DNA of 64,000 nucleotides, taken from assembly GCA_951406725.2 (NCBI GenBank), contig OX597839.1, positions 29,636,001 to 29,700,000 of the forward strand. Reading direction: 5' to 3'. The translations under genes and the position numbers were made by a program. Below are positions 13,703 to 25,184 of this stretch, one piece after another. Each line of letters starts with the position of its first letter. Position 1 is the stretch's first letter. Origin of the DNA: Octopus vulgaris. Taxonomy: Eukaryota. Under the pieces are notes generated by a model that saw only the letters and a program-made list of their open reading frames with translations, ran no database searches and was not told where the DNA came from.

Positions 13703-15016
13703 GAGAGATATATTCAAAAGGAGACTTGATAAAGATTTTATTGCAAGTTTTATTCAGTTGTTACTTTGGTGCTACTCTGAAGCTCCCCCCCCCACCTCCA
13801 TCAGTATAGACACAGGTCCCACTTTAAGGAACACTAGTCTAACCCATGCTGGCATGGAAAAATGGATGTAAACCAAACAAACTCTAAACACCAAACTACA
13901 AAGAGTGTTATGCCTGAAACAGTAGCGTGTGAACTGTTCTCACAGTTTAAATCCATTTATTTTATCCATGTTTCCTGTTTACATTTTCTCACTTTGTTTC
14001 TGTTTGTAAACCTTTTGTTGACAATTCAGCCGTAATCGGAATAAGAAAGCTTGTTACCAGGAACAAGAATCTGTTTCATTCTTGCTTTTCTATTATGTGT
14101 CATGGAAGTCATGTATTGTAGTTCAGTCTATCTTTAGATTAATTCTTTTTCTTTTATACTATTACATTTAATTCTATTTTCGACTGCACAGTCATTGAAT
14201 TGCAGTGACAACAGTGCACCACAGTCAAGAAATTTCTATCTAGTTTTGTATCAACCTCAGTGTCATTCTTAACATTTTCATTACCTTATTTTTGACGTGG
14301 TTAAGAAGTTCTGAGGTCAATCTCACTGCATGACATCTTGGGCAAGTGTATTCTTCTATAGCTTTGGGCTGACCAAAGCCTTGTGAGTGGATTTGGTAAA
14401 CAGAAACTGCAAAATATATGTATGTGTGTTGTTTTGGTGTTGTGTGATTGTTGTAAGTGAATGTCGTTCATTTCCAATCTTCTGCAAAAACATGTCTGAT
14501 CCTGGGGGAATATTACCTTGCTCGAAAACAGACTAAGGGTTATTTTGCATATTGATCAAAGGCATACAAGCTTTGACCATCTTGTCTTTATTTTTAGGGT
14601 ATCTAAAAAAAGAAAAAAAGGGATAAAGATCTTTCCCAAGTCCTATAGACTCCTAGGGCCAGTTTTCTAGTTTCTGTGCTGCATATATTTTACCCTTAGA
14701 TAGGACCCCAGTCTGTTGCAGGATTACTCCTTTTTTGCCAGGGAGTGGACTGGAGTGGTGTCAAATGAAGTGTTTTGCCCAAGAACACAATGAATTATTT
14801 TGTTCAGGAATTGAAACCACAATCTTTCTATCATGAGTGAATCACCCTAATCACTGAGCCACATGCCTCCACTTTAGGGTCTCCAACAACTTCATTGTTT
14901 AATGTCACTTCCCCATTTTTAAGATGGTGACATGTAATTTGAGGGAAACTGGCTGCTCTTTGAAGAGCCATATTAAAGTTCCTTTGTTTTTCCTTATTTT
15001 ATATATCTTATGTTGT

Positions 15017-15235
15017 CATCATCATCATCATTTAATGTCTGCTTTCCATGCTAGCATGGGTTGGACGATTTGACTGAGGACTGGCGAACCAGATGGTTGC
15101 ACCAGGCTCCAATCTTGATCTGGCAGGTGCAGCCATCTGGTTCACCAGTCCTCAGTCAAATCGTACAACCCATGCTAGCATGGAAAGTGGACGTTAAACG
15201 ATGATGATGTCTGCTTTCCATGCTATCATGGGTTG
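15017..15235. repeat. Fold-back built from RTE 3'-end sequence
   Basis: 15017-15103 is inverted relative to 15126-15209, followed by a third partial copy. Confidence 0.85.
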
Positions 15236-15239
15236 TGAA

Positions 15240-15665
15240 TTTGTGTTGCAAGATTCCTGATGTGAAACTGTGTTGAAACAGATGTTGTTGCATTTCAGGA
15301 TGGTTGTGTTTTTCCTTTTTTACCATACAAACACTTGCATTATATATTCATTCTTCACTCATTTATTACAGTTCTTACTTTAATTCACGTCCATTGTCTG
15401 GAAGTCTTTCGTCACTTACCTGTGACCTCTCCAATGACACTTCCATCTTCTAGAAGAACAGAATGGACTAAGCAGAGCAGGAGCACACACGAGGATGGAA
15501 AGTGTTGCTGAAGAGGTCACAGATGTGTGACAGAAGATTTTCGGACAATGGACACGAGTTAAAATAAGGACAGTAATAAACTAGAGAAGAATGACTATTT
15601 TGTGTGTGTATTTATTTGACAAAAAACAAAACAAAACAAATGATGATCCCAAAATACAACAATAC
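15240..15665. mobile_element. Old, diverged inverted pLTR pair (same family as 45.5-46.0 kb and 7.07-7.31 kb) with a decayed hammerhead-like motif
   Basis: Arms ~15283-15449 and ~15491-15663; CTGAAGA-G-GTCAC-agatgt-GTGAC-agaag at ~15508-15536. Confidence 0.65.
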
Positions 15666-16169
15666 TTTTTTTTACTTTCTTTTGTGTTATTTATTATTTA
15701 TTTTTTGTGTCCTTCTCTCTCACTGTTGTTGTTTTCTTGATACCTGGCTATTTCTAGCTTGGACATTCCTGTCCGTGTTAAGTAATGACTGGGTTAATAA
15801 TAAATCATATCAAGATATTTCAGTTAGATTAAAACACACACCCGTACACACATCCGTTCCTCTTGCCTTGTTAGTTGCCACCAGTTATTTAGAGTAGTCA
15901 GTCAGACATAAATAGTTTGCTGACTTTCTTCTGTACACTGACAACACCAAACCTACTTAATTTACCTGCCGCACATACTAAACTGACTTATTTACTCAGA
16001 TGTCAGCAAGGTAAGGCCTTATTCACACTTGTTTCTTTTCTCCGTTGAACTTATGATTGCAGTTGGATTAAGTGTCACCTGTTCTTCTTCTCTCTCTCTT
16101 TCTCAAACTCTCACTCACAACGGCAACACAGAAATTCACCAATCTTGCCGGGGAGTGGGGGGTTATCTT

Positions 16170-16527
16170 CACTCTTTTACTTGTTTCAGTCATTAGACTG
16201 TGGTCATGCTGGGGCACTGCCTTGAATTTTTAGAATTGATCCCAATACTTATTTTTGTAAAGCTTGGTACCTATTCTATCAGTCTCTCTTGCTGAACCAC
16301 TAAGTTATGGGAGACATAAACACACTAACACTGGTTGTCAGGCAGTGGGGGACAAATGCGTGCACACACACACACATGTATGTAATGGGCTTCTTTCAGT
16401 TTCCATCTACCAAATTTACTCACAAGGCTTTGGTTGACCATGGCTATAGTTGAAGACACTTGAGTAGGACTGAACTTGGAACCATGTGGTTGAGAAGAAA
16501 AGTTCTTACCACACAGCCACGCCCATG
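16170..16527 (-). mobile_element. 400-bp-family SINE
   Basis: Reverse complement of the 4684..5083 family. Confidence 0.8.
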
Positions 16528-18738
16528 CCTTTGTCAAGATTTGTTAAACTTCTAAACGATTTTTGTCTGGGTTGTTTTCTTATCACAATTGTTTTTCTTT
16601 CTTGTTACTGACAATAGAAAGATTTTTCTGTAGCAGGCAAGATAGACTAAAGTACTCTTGCTAACCTACTGTCACATTTTAACCCCTTTGATATCAACCC
16701 ACCACAAACTGCCCCTGGATCTATGACACAAACTCCCTGCTCCAAAATGCTCTTAATTAAAAACTTTCCATTGAAATTTCAGACTAATTTATGTTTCAAA
16801 CAACAGCTTAATAATGACAAAGTTATTTTTTAAAATTCTTTATTATTTTCAAAATTAATTGAGCCAAAACTTTTGATGTCAACAGAAATATAATCAGGGA
16901 AAGGTTAATGTCAGGGTTATTATAAAAAAGTGAAACAGAACCAGTGTATATGTCTATTAGTGGTATAATGACCCTCCCAAGGATCACCAAAATATTTCAA
17001 CGCATGAATTATATGAAGAATTTTGCAAACCAAATACAAAGATGAAATACAATATCTTATCATTTTGAAAAGAGTAACACTGTGAATAGCATTTGTTTTA
17101 TAAAATAAATTTTTATTAAATGTAATGTCTTCACTCATGGAACCCAGAATAATTTTTTCTGGAATTTGAGAAATATTGAATGACTGTATGTCTCAACAAA
17201 TGCAAGGTCCTGATGTTTGTCATGTCAGAGACAACATGACACCACTTAGTTTCTTTACTGGGTAATTATTTCTAATCAAATATTTAATGCTCACTTCTAC
17301 ATTAAATACATCAACATCAACTTAACTATTGTTTTCTCATCATGAAGACGTCTGCAAGTAATTAAAGCTCAACAAGTTATTTCTTCAAACTGCTTAGAAT
17401 TCAGATTATTCTGTCAAATGTAATCCTTATTTGTCCACGTTGTTTTGAATTAATCATGTATTGTTTTGTAGCTTTGTGGTTTCAATACTATTACTGTCTA
17501 GTTTTAGAAACAGGTGTGTAGGATAGGTGTGATAGGCCAGATCTGGCTTATATAACCAGTTTAAATACTCAAGAGTTAGATATGCTTCTAGTGTACAATA
17601 TTGTTGCTCATGTACTAAGTGGTTTTGTTGTCACTACTTTGGTAAGTATATTAGTATGTATGTTTTGCTGAGGAGGCCTAATAAGGCTGAAATATCTTTG
17701 AGTTGTCTCCTTTACTGAAATGGATTGACTGTTATGTTGTGGACACCATTAGAAATTTTTCTTTTATAAATCTTTGAGAGAATGTGGAATAATTCCTTGA
17801 AAGAGGGAAAACTATAAATAATAAGTAAATATTGTGTTTAAAAATCCTTTTAGATAGAAAACTTCAAAGGGTGTCTGTGGGACCTGAATCCATATTTCCT
17901 GTAGCCTTTGGCTTTTTCTGTGCTTAAGGGATATTTACTTGCTGGTATTTGTAGCTTTATGTGATGCAGCAAGATGGCAGAATTGTTAGCATTTCAGGCA
18001 AAATGCTCAGCAGTGATCCCCCTGTCTGTACATTCCGAGTTCAAATTCCATTGAGGTTGACTTTGCCTTTCATCCTTTTGGGGTCAACAAAATAAGTACC
18101 AGCCTTGTGCCAAAGATTAAAACCATTATTTATAGCTTTATGTGCTTTGAGAACCACTGTTCCAAAATTAAATGTTATGTTTTTTGTTTTGTGTGTGTGT
18201 GTGTGTGTGTGACAGAGTGAGAGAGAGAGAGACAGGGAGAGAAAGAGAGAGAGAGTGAGAGAATACAAAAGTAGTATCCTATTGCCTTGACATTTACAAG
18301 AAACTGTCTTATATGTATGTCACAACCAATTCTGAGAAAAGGAGAAGAAAATGAAAGTGAGTAAGAAAGAAGTCCATTTAGCCCTGCCTAAAGTGAAACT
18401 CAGAGTAGACTGTCTACTATTGATATAATAAACATATCCATCATCTCTTCCTAACATGTGTCACTTCTAAGTTGGATAATGCTTGCATTATGCTAAATAT
18501 ATTTCAATATATTTTACAACTCTTAAATTATGATATATATAAATTAGAAAAAAACACCTTTTATCAATTCAATAAGGAAAAATTAAATTACACCATCTAG
18601 AAAACTACATATTATAGAAAGATTAAATATAAGATAAAACATATAACGATGATTAAGTAATGTGGAAAATAATAAGTAAAACGTATATATACATTTTAAT
18701 TTTTCATTATTGAATTGATAAAAGGTGGGTTTTTTCTA

Positions 18739-18779
<41 letters not shown>

Positions 18780-18854
18780 TTTGTGAAATTCGATTTAGTA
18801 TTTCTAAATTGAATTTTTCCCTGTAAGTTTGGAATAATATTCCCTCATATTATT

Positions 18855-18925
<71 letters not shown>

Positions 18926-19019
18926 AAAACGGTAAGATAACAAAAGAAAGAAAGAGACCTCAATATTATGTAAATAGAGGAAATTTATCTATACAATATG
19001 TTACATTACTCGGTAGTCA

Positions 19020-19082
19020 AGATAAAACTCTGAGTTTCAGATGCCGAAGTGGAAATCCACAACACCATCTCTTCGGTTATCT
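19020..19082 (-). ncRNA. Type I hammerhead ribozyme motif (U4C core variant)
   Basis: Reverse-complement copy of the motif at 19317-19379. Confidence 0.6.
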
Positions 19083-19316
19083 GGCTATTTTCTGCAGAAG
19101 TTTCTTAGAGTAAAAATCCTTTGATGGGATCGGTATATTTTTCATAGAATAATCTATGTGATATGCGTCCATATTAGATTCTTTTGTTTGTGAGAGTCCT
19201 CAACCGATGTTAGGCGATAATCCCAAAAAGGTCGTATTAGCTCTTAGTTGAGAATAACGTCGTCCGGGAGGTGATTTATTGATAAAACGGTAAGATAACA
19301 AAAGAAAGAAATAGCC

Positions 19317-19379
19317 AGATAACCGAAGAGATGGTGTTGTGGATTTCCACTTCGGCATCTGAAACTCAGAGTTTTATCT
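19317..19379 (+). ncRNA. Type I hammerhead ribozyme motif (core CCGAAGA)
   Basis: Helix I AGATAA/TTATCT; helix II GATG..CATC with internal GTGGA/TCCAC hairpin and an extra U before GAAA; helix III ACTC-a-GAGT; predicted GUU cut after 19373. Confidence 0.62.
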
Positions 19380-19675
19380 TGACTACCGAGTAATGTAACA
19401 TATTGTATAGATAAATTTCCTCTATTTACATAATATTGAGGTCTCTTTCTTTCTTTTGTTATCTTACCGTTTTATCAATAAATCACCTCCCGGACGACGT
19501 TATTCTCAACTAAGAGCTAATACGACCTTTTTGGGATTATCGCCTAACATCGGTTGAGGACTCTCACAAACAAAAGAATCTAATATGGACGCATATCACA
19601 TAGATTATTCTATGAAAAATATACCGATCCCATCAAAGGATTTTTACTCTAAGAAACTTCTGCAGGAAAATAGCC

Positions 19676-19738
19676 AGATAACTGAAGAGATGGTGTTGTG
19701 GATTTCCACTTCGGCATCTGAAACTCAGAGTTTTATCT
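19676..19738 (+). ncRNA. Type I hammerhead ribozyme motif (canonical core CTGAAGA)
   Basis: Same fold, C3 at 19682, predicted cut after 19732. Confidence 0.68.
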
Positions 19739-19758
19739 TGACTACCGAGTAATGTAAC

Positions 19759-19813
<55 letters not shown>

Positions 19814-20409
19814 TAGAGTAGCTGAACCAGCAATAATGATGGAGTTATTGTTGAAAGGGTTACCCGCTGAAAGTTGAGAATTAGAGGAAGAGGAAGTAAA
19901 TAAAAATGCCAAAATAACAGGAAAATAAGGAATTGATATTTATCACTCCCAAAATACTTGGCAGGTTTGGTTTATTGCGGAAGTTCATAAAGAACAACAT
20001 TTCTTGTGGCACCAATGCACCCTGGCCTCCTGAATTTTCAATCTGTAATTTCATATAACCCTGAACCAGATCAGGTTGTTTCACTGCTGAGTCTACAGAT
20101 GCTGCTGTCGACCGCACGCATTGAAAGTAGCATTGAAATTTCTCTTGACTGTTGTGGTGCTAAATGGATTGTCTGAATTTGTGAACAGTAAAACATTATG
20201 AGACGATTAAGACTGCAGAATGAACTCCTGAATACAAACAAAATAAATGGAACAACTTCAGGAAGTAAGTAGAGACTTTGTCGAAGATTTAGAGAGAAAG
20301 ATTTTTATTGGCCTTTGTGGAAAAAAAATTGAATCAAACTCAAGTGTCATTGTTCTATGGTATGGCAGCAGCAGCTTTGCCTTAAAAGAACTGTTTGGAC
20401 AACAATAAT

Positions 20410-20812
20410 ACTCATTACTCATTTACTTGTTTCAGTCATTTGACTGCGGCCATGCTGGAGCACTGCCTTTAGTTGAGCAAATCGGCCCCGGGACTTATTC
20501 TTTGTAAGCCCAGTACTTATTCTATCAGTCTCTTTTGCCGAACTGCTAAGTGACGGGGACGTAAACACACCAGCATCGGTTGTCAAGCAATGCTAGGAGG
20601 ACAAACATAGACATACATACACACACACGCATATATATATATATACATATATACGACGGGCTTCTTTCAGTTTCCATCTACCAAATCCACTCACAAAGCA
20701 TTGGTCGGCCCAGGGCTATAGCAGAAGACACTTGCCCAAGGTGCCACGCAGTGGACTGAACTCAGAACCATGAGGTTGGTTAGCAAGCTACTTACCACAC
20801 AGCCACTCCTGC
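20410..20812 (-). mobile_element. Full-length 400-bp-family SINE
   Basis: Complete head (gcaggagtggctgtgtggtaag) and tail on the minus strand. Confidence 0.85.
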
Positions 20813-21112
20813 GTGAAGAAGTCTTTTATAACAGTTGCAATGCACAGCGAATCATGAAAATTTATGAATATTAAGACATTAGTTATGCATTAAGAAAGCA
20901 AACTGAACTTTCAAGGACAAAAGACAAACTGAACATCGAAATAGATGTTTCATTCAGCATTTTTAGAGAGATGCAAAAACTATACACAACAACTGCAGCT
21001 TGTGTTGAATGATTTAGAAGATGAGTCTTATAAAGTGGAACAGATTCAATAGCTTCAGATATTAAAGTGTTATTCACCAAAAAAAAGAAAGTATCCAGTG
21101 TATTATATCTAT

Positions 21113-21147
<35 letters not shown>

Positions 21148-21174
21148 GATCTATATATCTTGTATATATTTTAA

Positions 21175-21503
21175 TCATTAGGCTGTGGTCATGCTGGGGC
21201 ACTGCCTTGAAGGGTTTTTTACTGAACAAATTGACCCCAGTACTTATTTTTATAAGCCTGGTATTTAGTCTATCAGTCCTTTTTGCCAAACTGCTAAGTT
21301 ACACAGATGTGAACAAACCAACACTGGTTGTCAAGCAGTGGTGAAAACGGGAACAAACGCACACACACACAGACATATACACACACTTGCATATACACAT
21401 ACACACACACACATAAATACATATAAACACACACACATATATATACATGTATATAAATACATTATATATATAAACACACACACACACATATAAATACGTA
21501 TAA

Positions 21504-21540
<37 letters not shown>

Positions 21541-21541
21541 A

Positions 21542-21586
<45 letters not shown>

Positions 21587-21765
21587 TGCACACATATACA
21601 TATACGCATGACGGCTTCTTTCAGTTTCCATCCACCAAATCCACTCACAAAACTTTGATTGACTTGGGGCTGTAACAGAAAACGCTTGCCCAAGGTGCCA
21701 TACAGTGGGAACGAACCTGGAACCCTGTGGTTGAGAAGCAAACTTCTTACTAAGCAGCTATGTCT
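21175..21765 (-). mobile_element. 400-bp-family SINE with expanded internal microsatellite
   Basis: SINE halves flank ~250 bp of CA/TA repeats. Confidence 0.8.
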
Positions 21766-21822
21766 ATATACATATCTATACGTATGATCTTGGCAGGGCC
21801 GAAGTATATATTTCCATCTATT

Positions 21823-21858
<36 letters not shown>

Positions 21859-22034
21859 GTGTGTCCACAAGTCTTACTATTTCGGTTGTTCAACTCTTCT
21901 TATTAACTTCCAACTGTCAGCTGACCGACCGTATTTCTTTTCGTTTGCTTATTTTTCACCCACTTACTTCCTTGTTTTCTCTCTTTTATTTACCATTTCA
22001 GGCTGGTGCCAGGGGGAGTAATGTCTGGGTCTGT

Positions 22035-22212
22035 ATGGAGCCTTTTAATTTCACATTTGAACAGATCAACTTCGAGCACGAACTCCAGCTGCCCCCTGGT
22101 GTTGAGCAGGTTCAACAGAATTTTGATTCCTTCAATAATGTGATTCACTACGACTTGGATTTTCTCAATGATTCCACCTCTTCTGCCGATCTTCAGTCTT
22201 ATGGAATTCCTG
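22035..22212 (+). CDS. GOLGA3: GOLGA3 coding exon 1 (acceptor at 22002; MEPFNFTFEQ...SYGIP)
   Basis: Pyrimidine tract + ttcag ending 22001; donor g|gtcagt, phase 1; open in frame from 22002. Confidence 0.65.
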
Positions 22213-22480
22213 GTCAGTAAATTCTGCTTCTCTCTTCAGCAACTTCTTTCTCCCACTTCCACTTATTATTTCTTCTGCCTCCACCTTTTCTTCTTTTTCT
22301 TCTTCTTCTTTTGTTCTTTTTCTTTTTTCTTTCATTCTTTCCTTTCTTCTGTTCTATTCTTTCATTCTAGTCTTCTTCTTTCTATCCCTTCTTCTTCTTC
22401 TTCTTCTTCTTCTTCTTCTTCTTCTTCTTCTCCTCCTCCCCAGTCATTCATTTATTACAGTGCCTTCATTAATAATAATA

Positions 22481-22512
<32 letters not shown>

Positions 22513-25141
22513 CTCTATTTGCAGAGACTGTAAAGAGGAACCCCGTTGAGCAGAGGCTATGCCAGAGCAGCGTAGGTAACCCTTGTGATACTCGAGTTCA
22601 CTATGTTTGGTCTGAGAAAAGGTTAAGTCCAGAAGGAAGCGACCATCTTGTGAATCCCTTTATCAACTTCAGTGAACTTGAACCAGACAAGTCTTCCTCC
22701 GTCACCAATCCTACCACAACTGCTGATGACATATCTACCCTTATCAAGGTGAACCCCGCTCTCCCCTTTTCTTTTTTGTTTGTTGTCTGTTTCATTTTGT
22801 TCTTTTACTGGTTTGAGTCTTGAACTGTGGCCATGCTGGGACACCACCTTCAAAAGTATTTACTGAATTATATCAACCCCAGGACTTATTCAGAGAGATA
22901 GACAGATTGATAGATATAGACAGATAGATAGACAGACAGATAGACAGACAGATAGAGAGTCCATGTTCTGTTTGTGTAATAATCTCTATCCCCTCTTTCA
23001 CTCTCTCTGTTCTTTTACTTTTTTTTTTTGGTGGGGCTTAGATAATGAAGTGAAGGACCCCTAACTTTTTTCAGGGCCTCTGAGACTGGTGGAAAGAAGG
23101 GATTAAGTTATCCTCAGTTTGGAAACCTGGCTCAAATTCTTGCAACTGAGCAGGCTCTACTAAAAGCATTTCAGAATCAAATGGAGGGCAGAGCCTGTTT
23201 TAAGGCATGCACTCACTCGGCTGGGCAGTTGCCCAGGGACCTCGCTGATCTAAGGACCCAGTTCTGATCTGTGTATGCTGCAGCTTACTGTCAATAAAAA
23301 TTACTATAGGGCCATGTGCATTGATTTCCCCTGGGAGCCTATAAAGCTGTTGAGTCAGCCCTGGGTGGAGGTGTTAAGCTGGGTAGCAGATTAAGTTTTC
23401 CTTTCCCAAAATAGAAATGGGGCTTCCATTCAGTTTCTGTCCACCTTAAGTTCACTTACAAGGCTTCAGCCTATCCTGATGTTGTAGAAGAGACTTGTCT
23501 AGGGTAGACTTTGTATGTGGCAGATGTACTGGAATAGTTAGTTGTTAGTATAGATGCAAACTAAACTTTTTAAGTAATTGGAAGGCTTGAGAGTAGTTGA
23601 TAACTTTTGTTACCATGGTAACATAATTAGCAGAGCAGGATGTACCAGAATTATAATAACCAGTGTATGAATGGAGTTGGGAAAGTCCTGGAAGATATTA
23701 TATTTGTTGGTAAGAAAGGGCTTCTCTCTAAGATTGAAGAGCAGATTGTAAGATGCTTAGGTATAAAGTATGATGATGCCTGATGGTAAAAAAAAAAGAC
23801 CCTGAATGCAGAGGATTTGTGAAGACTAGAAAGAAATGCTCTACTGGATGTGTCCTGTTAGTTGCATGGATAATGCATGAGCAATGAACTAGAAATGAGC
23901 CAGAAAGAAAAAGAACCGGATGGAAAACTAAGCAGAGACAATACAGAGTTGAGAAGACTATTTTAGTCTTGCAGAGAACATGACAACATCTCTGGTGCTG
24001 ATGCCATAATAGAATCTACTCTTTGTAAAAGGATTGGTATTATCCTTCCATACATTAGTTATCTTTATCCAGTGCTCCACTCTTAAAGAAGGAACTCCTC
24101 TCAGGACTCCCTTCACAGCTGTCTGTCTCTGGCCAGTCATGGCCATGTACACCCCCAGGTAGTGGGTACAGTCATTTTGTCTTTGGTTGACCTCTGTCAC
24201 CTTGATTGTCCGCCTATTGTCCCTCTGTCAGTATTTATTCATCTTAGAAAAGAAAAATTTTGAAAAATATGATGGAGTGGTCTTTGTTGGAATGACCTTA
24301 ATCATAGATCCATTTGTTCAGGGCTGACCCTGGATGAAACACAAGACCTTAATAATTAATAGGTTCATAACAATATATCGGTTGCATAAATCTCATCTGT
24401 CTTGAAAGGTCTTGCATTTGTGATGGGTGCTGCCCCCTCCTCCTCATTTTTGTTTTTGCTGTTGTTGTTGTAGGTATCAGCCATCACCAAAACTGTGAAT
24501 TCTCAGCTGCGTAGCCGTGACAACAGACCAAAGTTTACAATCCCAAAAAGGAAGATGGCTACAACGGAAGTGTCTCCTTCAACACTGGCACATGTACCAC
24601 AGCCAGCGACCACCACTGCACAACGAACAACCAATACAGCTCCATTTGAAAATAGCAATGCTTTTGAGACGGTTGCAGAAGCCCTCCACTTGCAGTGGTC
24701 AGTCATTGGTGAGTGTTTCATGCCAGCCCCTCTCTCTGTGGCTGGTTGTTTGCAGGGTTTCAGGAAAACATTGATCAGACTAGGGGGGGGGGATATATTA
24801 CATTGCTTGCAAACAGGTAAGGGTTGGCAACAGGAAGAGCTTCATCACCATCATCACTTTTATCATCATGGCTGTTAAAAAGTTCTGCTTTAGGGAATCA
24901 AATCCTCTCTGACCCATAGAAGAATGGAACAGTAGATTCTAAAACAATGATGATATGCAAAAACACACGTGCACACACACACACACACACACACGTGTAT
25001 GTACATACACATGCACACACGTATATATCTCTATAGCAAGACACTTGTACTTGTCCCTCTATCATACTTTAGCCTTCAGTGCTTGGCATAAAGCCACTTC
25101 CTCTTCACTCACATATGATGACAATGAACATGCATGCACGT

Positions 25142-25184
<43 letters not shown>

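Larger units (their letters stand above)
18922..19763. mobile_element. Miniature Penelope-like / retrozyme-like element: one inverted unit plus 1.3 tandem units of 358-359 bp, flanked by (TA)n on both sides
   Basis: 18922-19310 is the reverse complement of the unit at 19308-19763; three hammerhead motifs; PLE ORF N-terminus at 19585. Confidence 0.85.

Noticed and set aside
19815-21060. Non-repetitive-looking stretch with short ORFs split by a SINE
   Set aside because: No recognisable protein motif or compatible exon structure; probably decayed transposon sequence.
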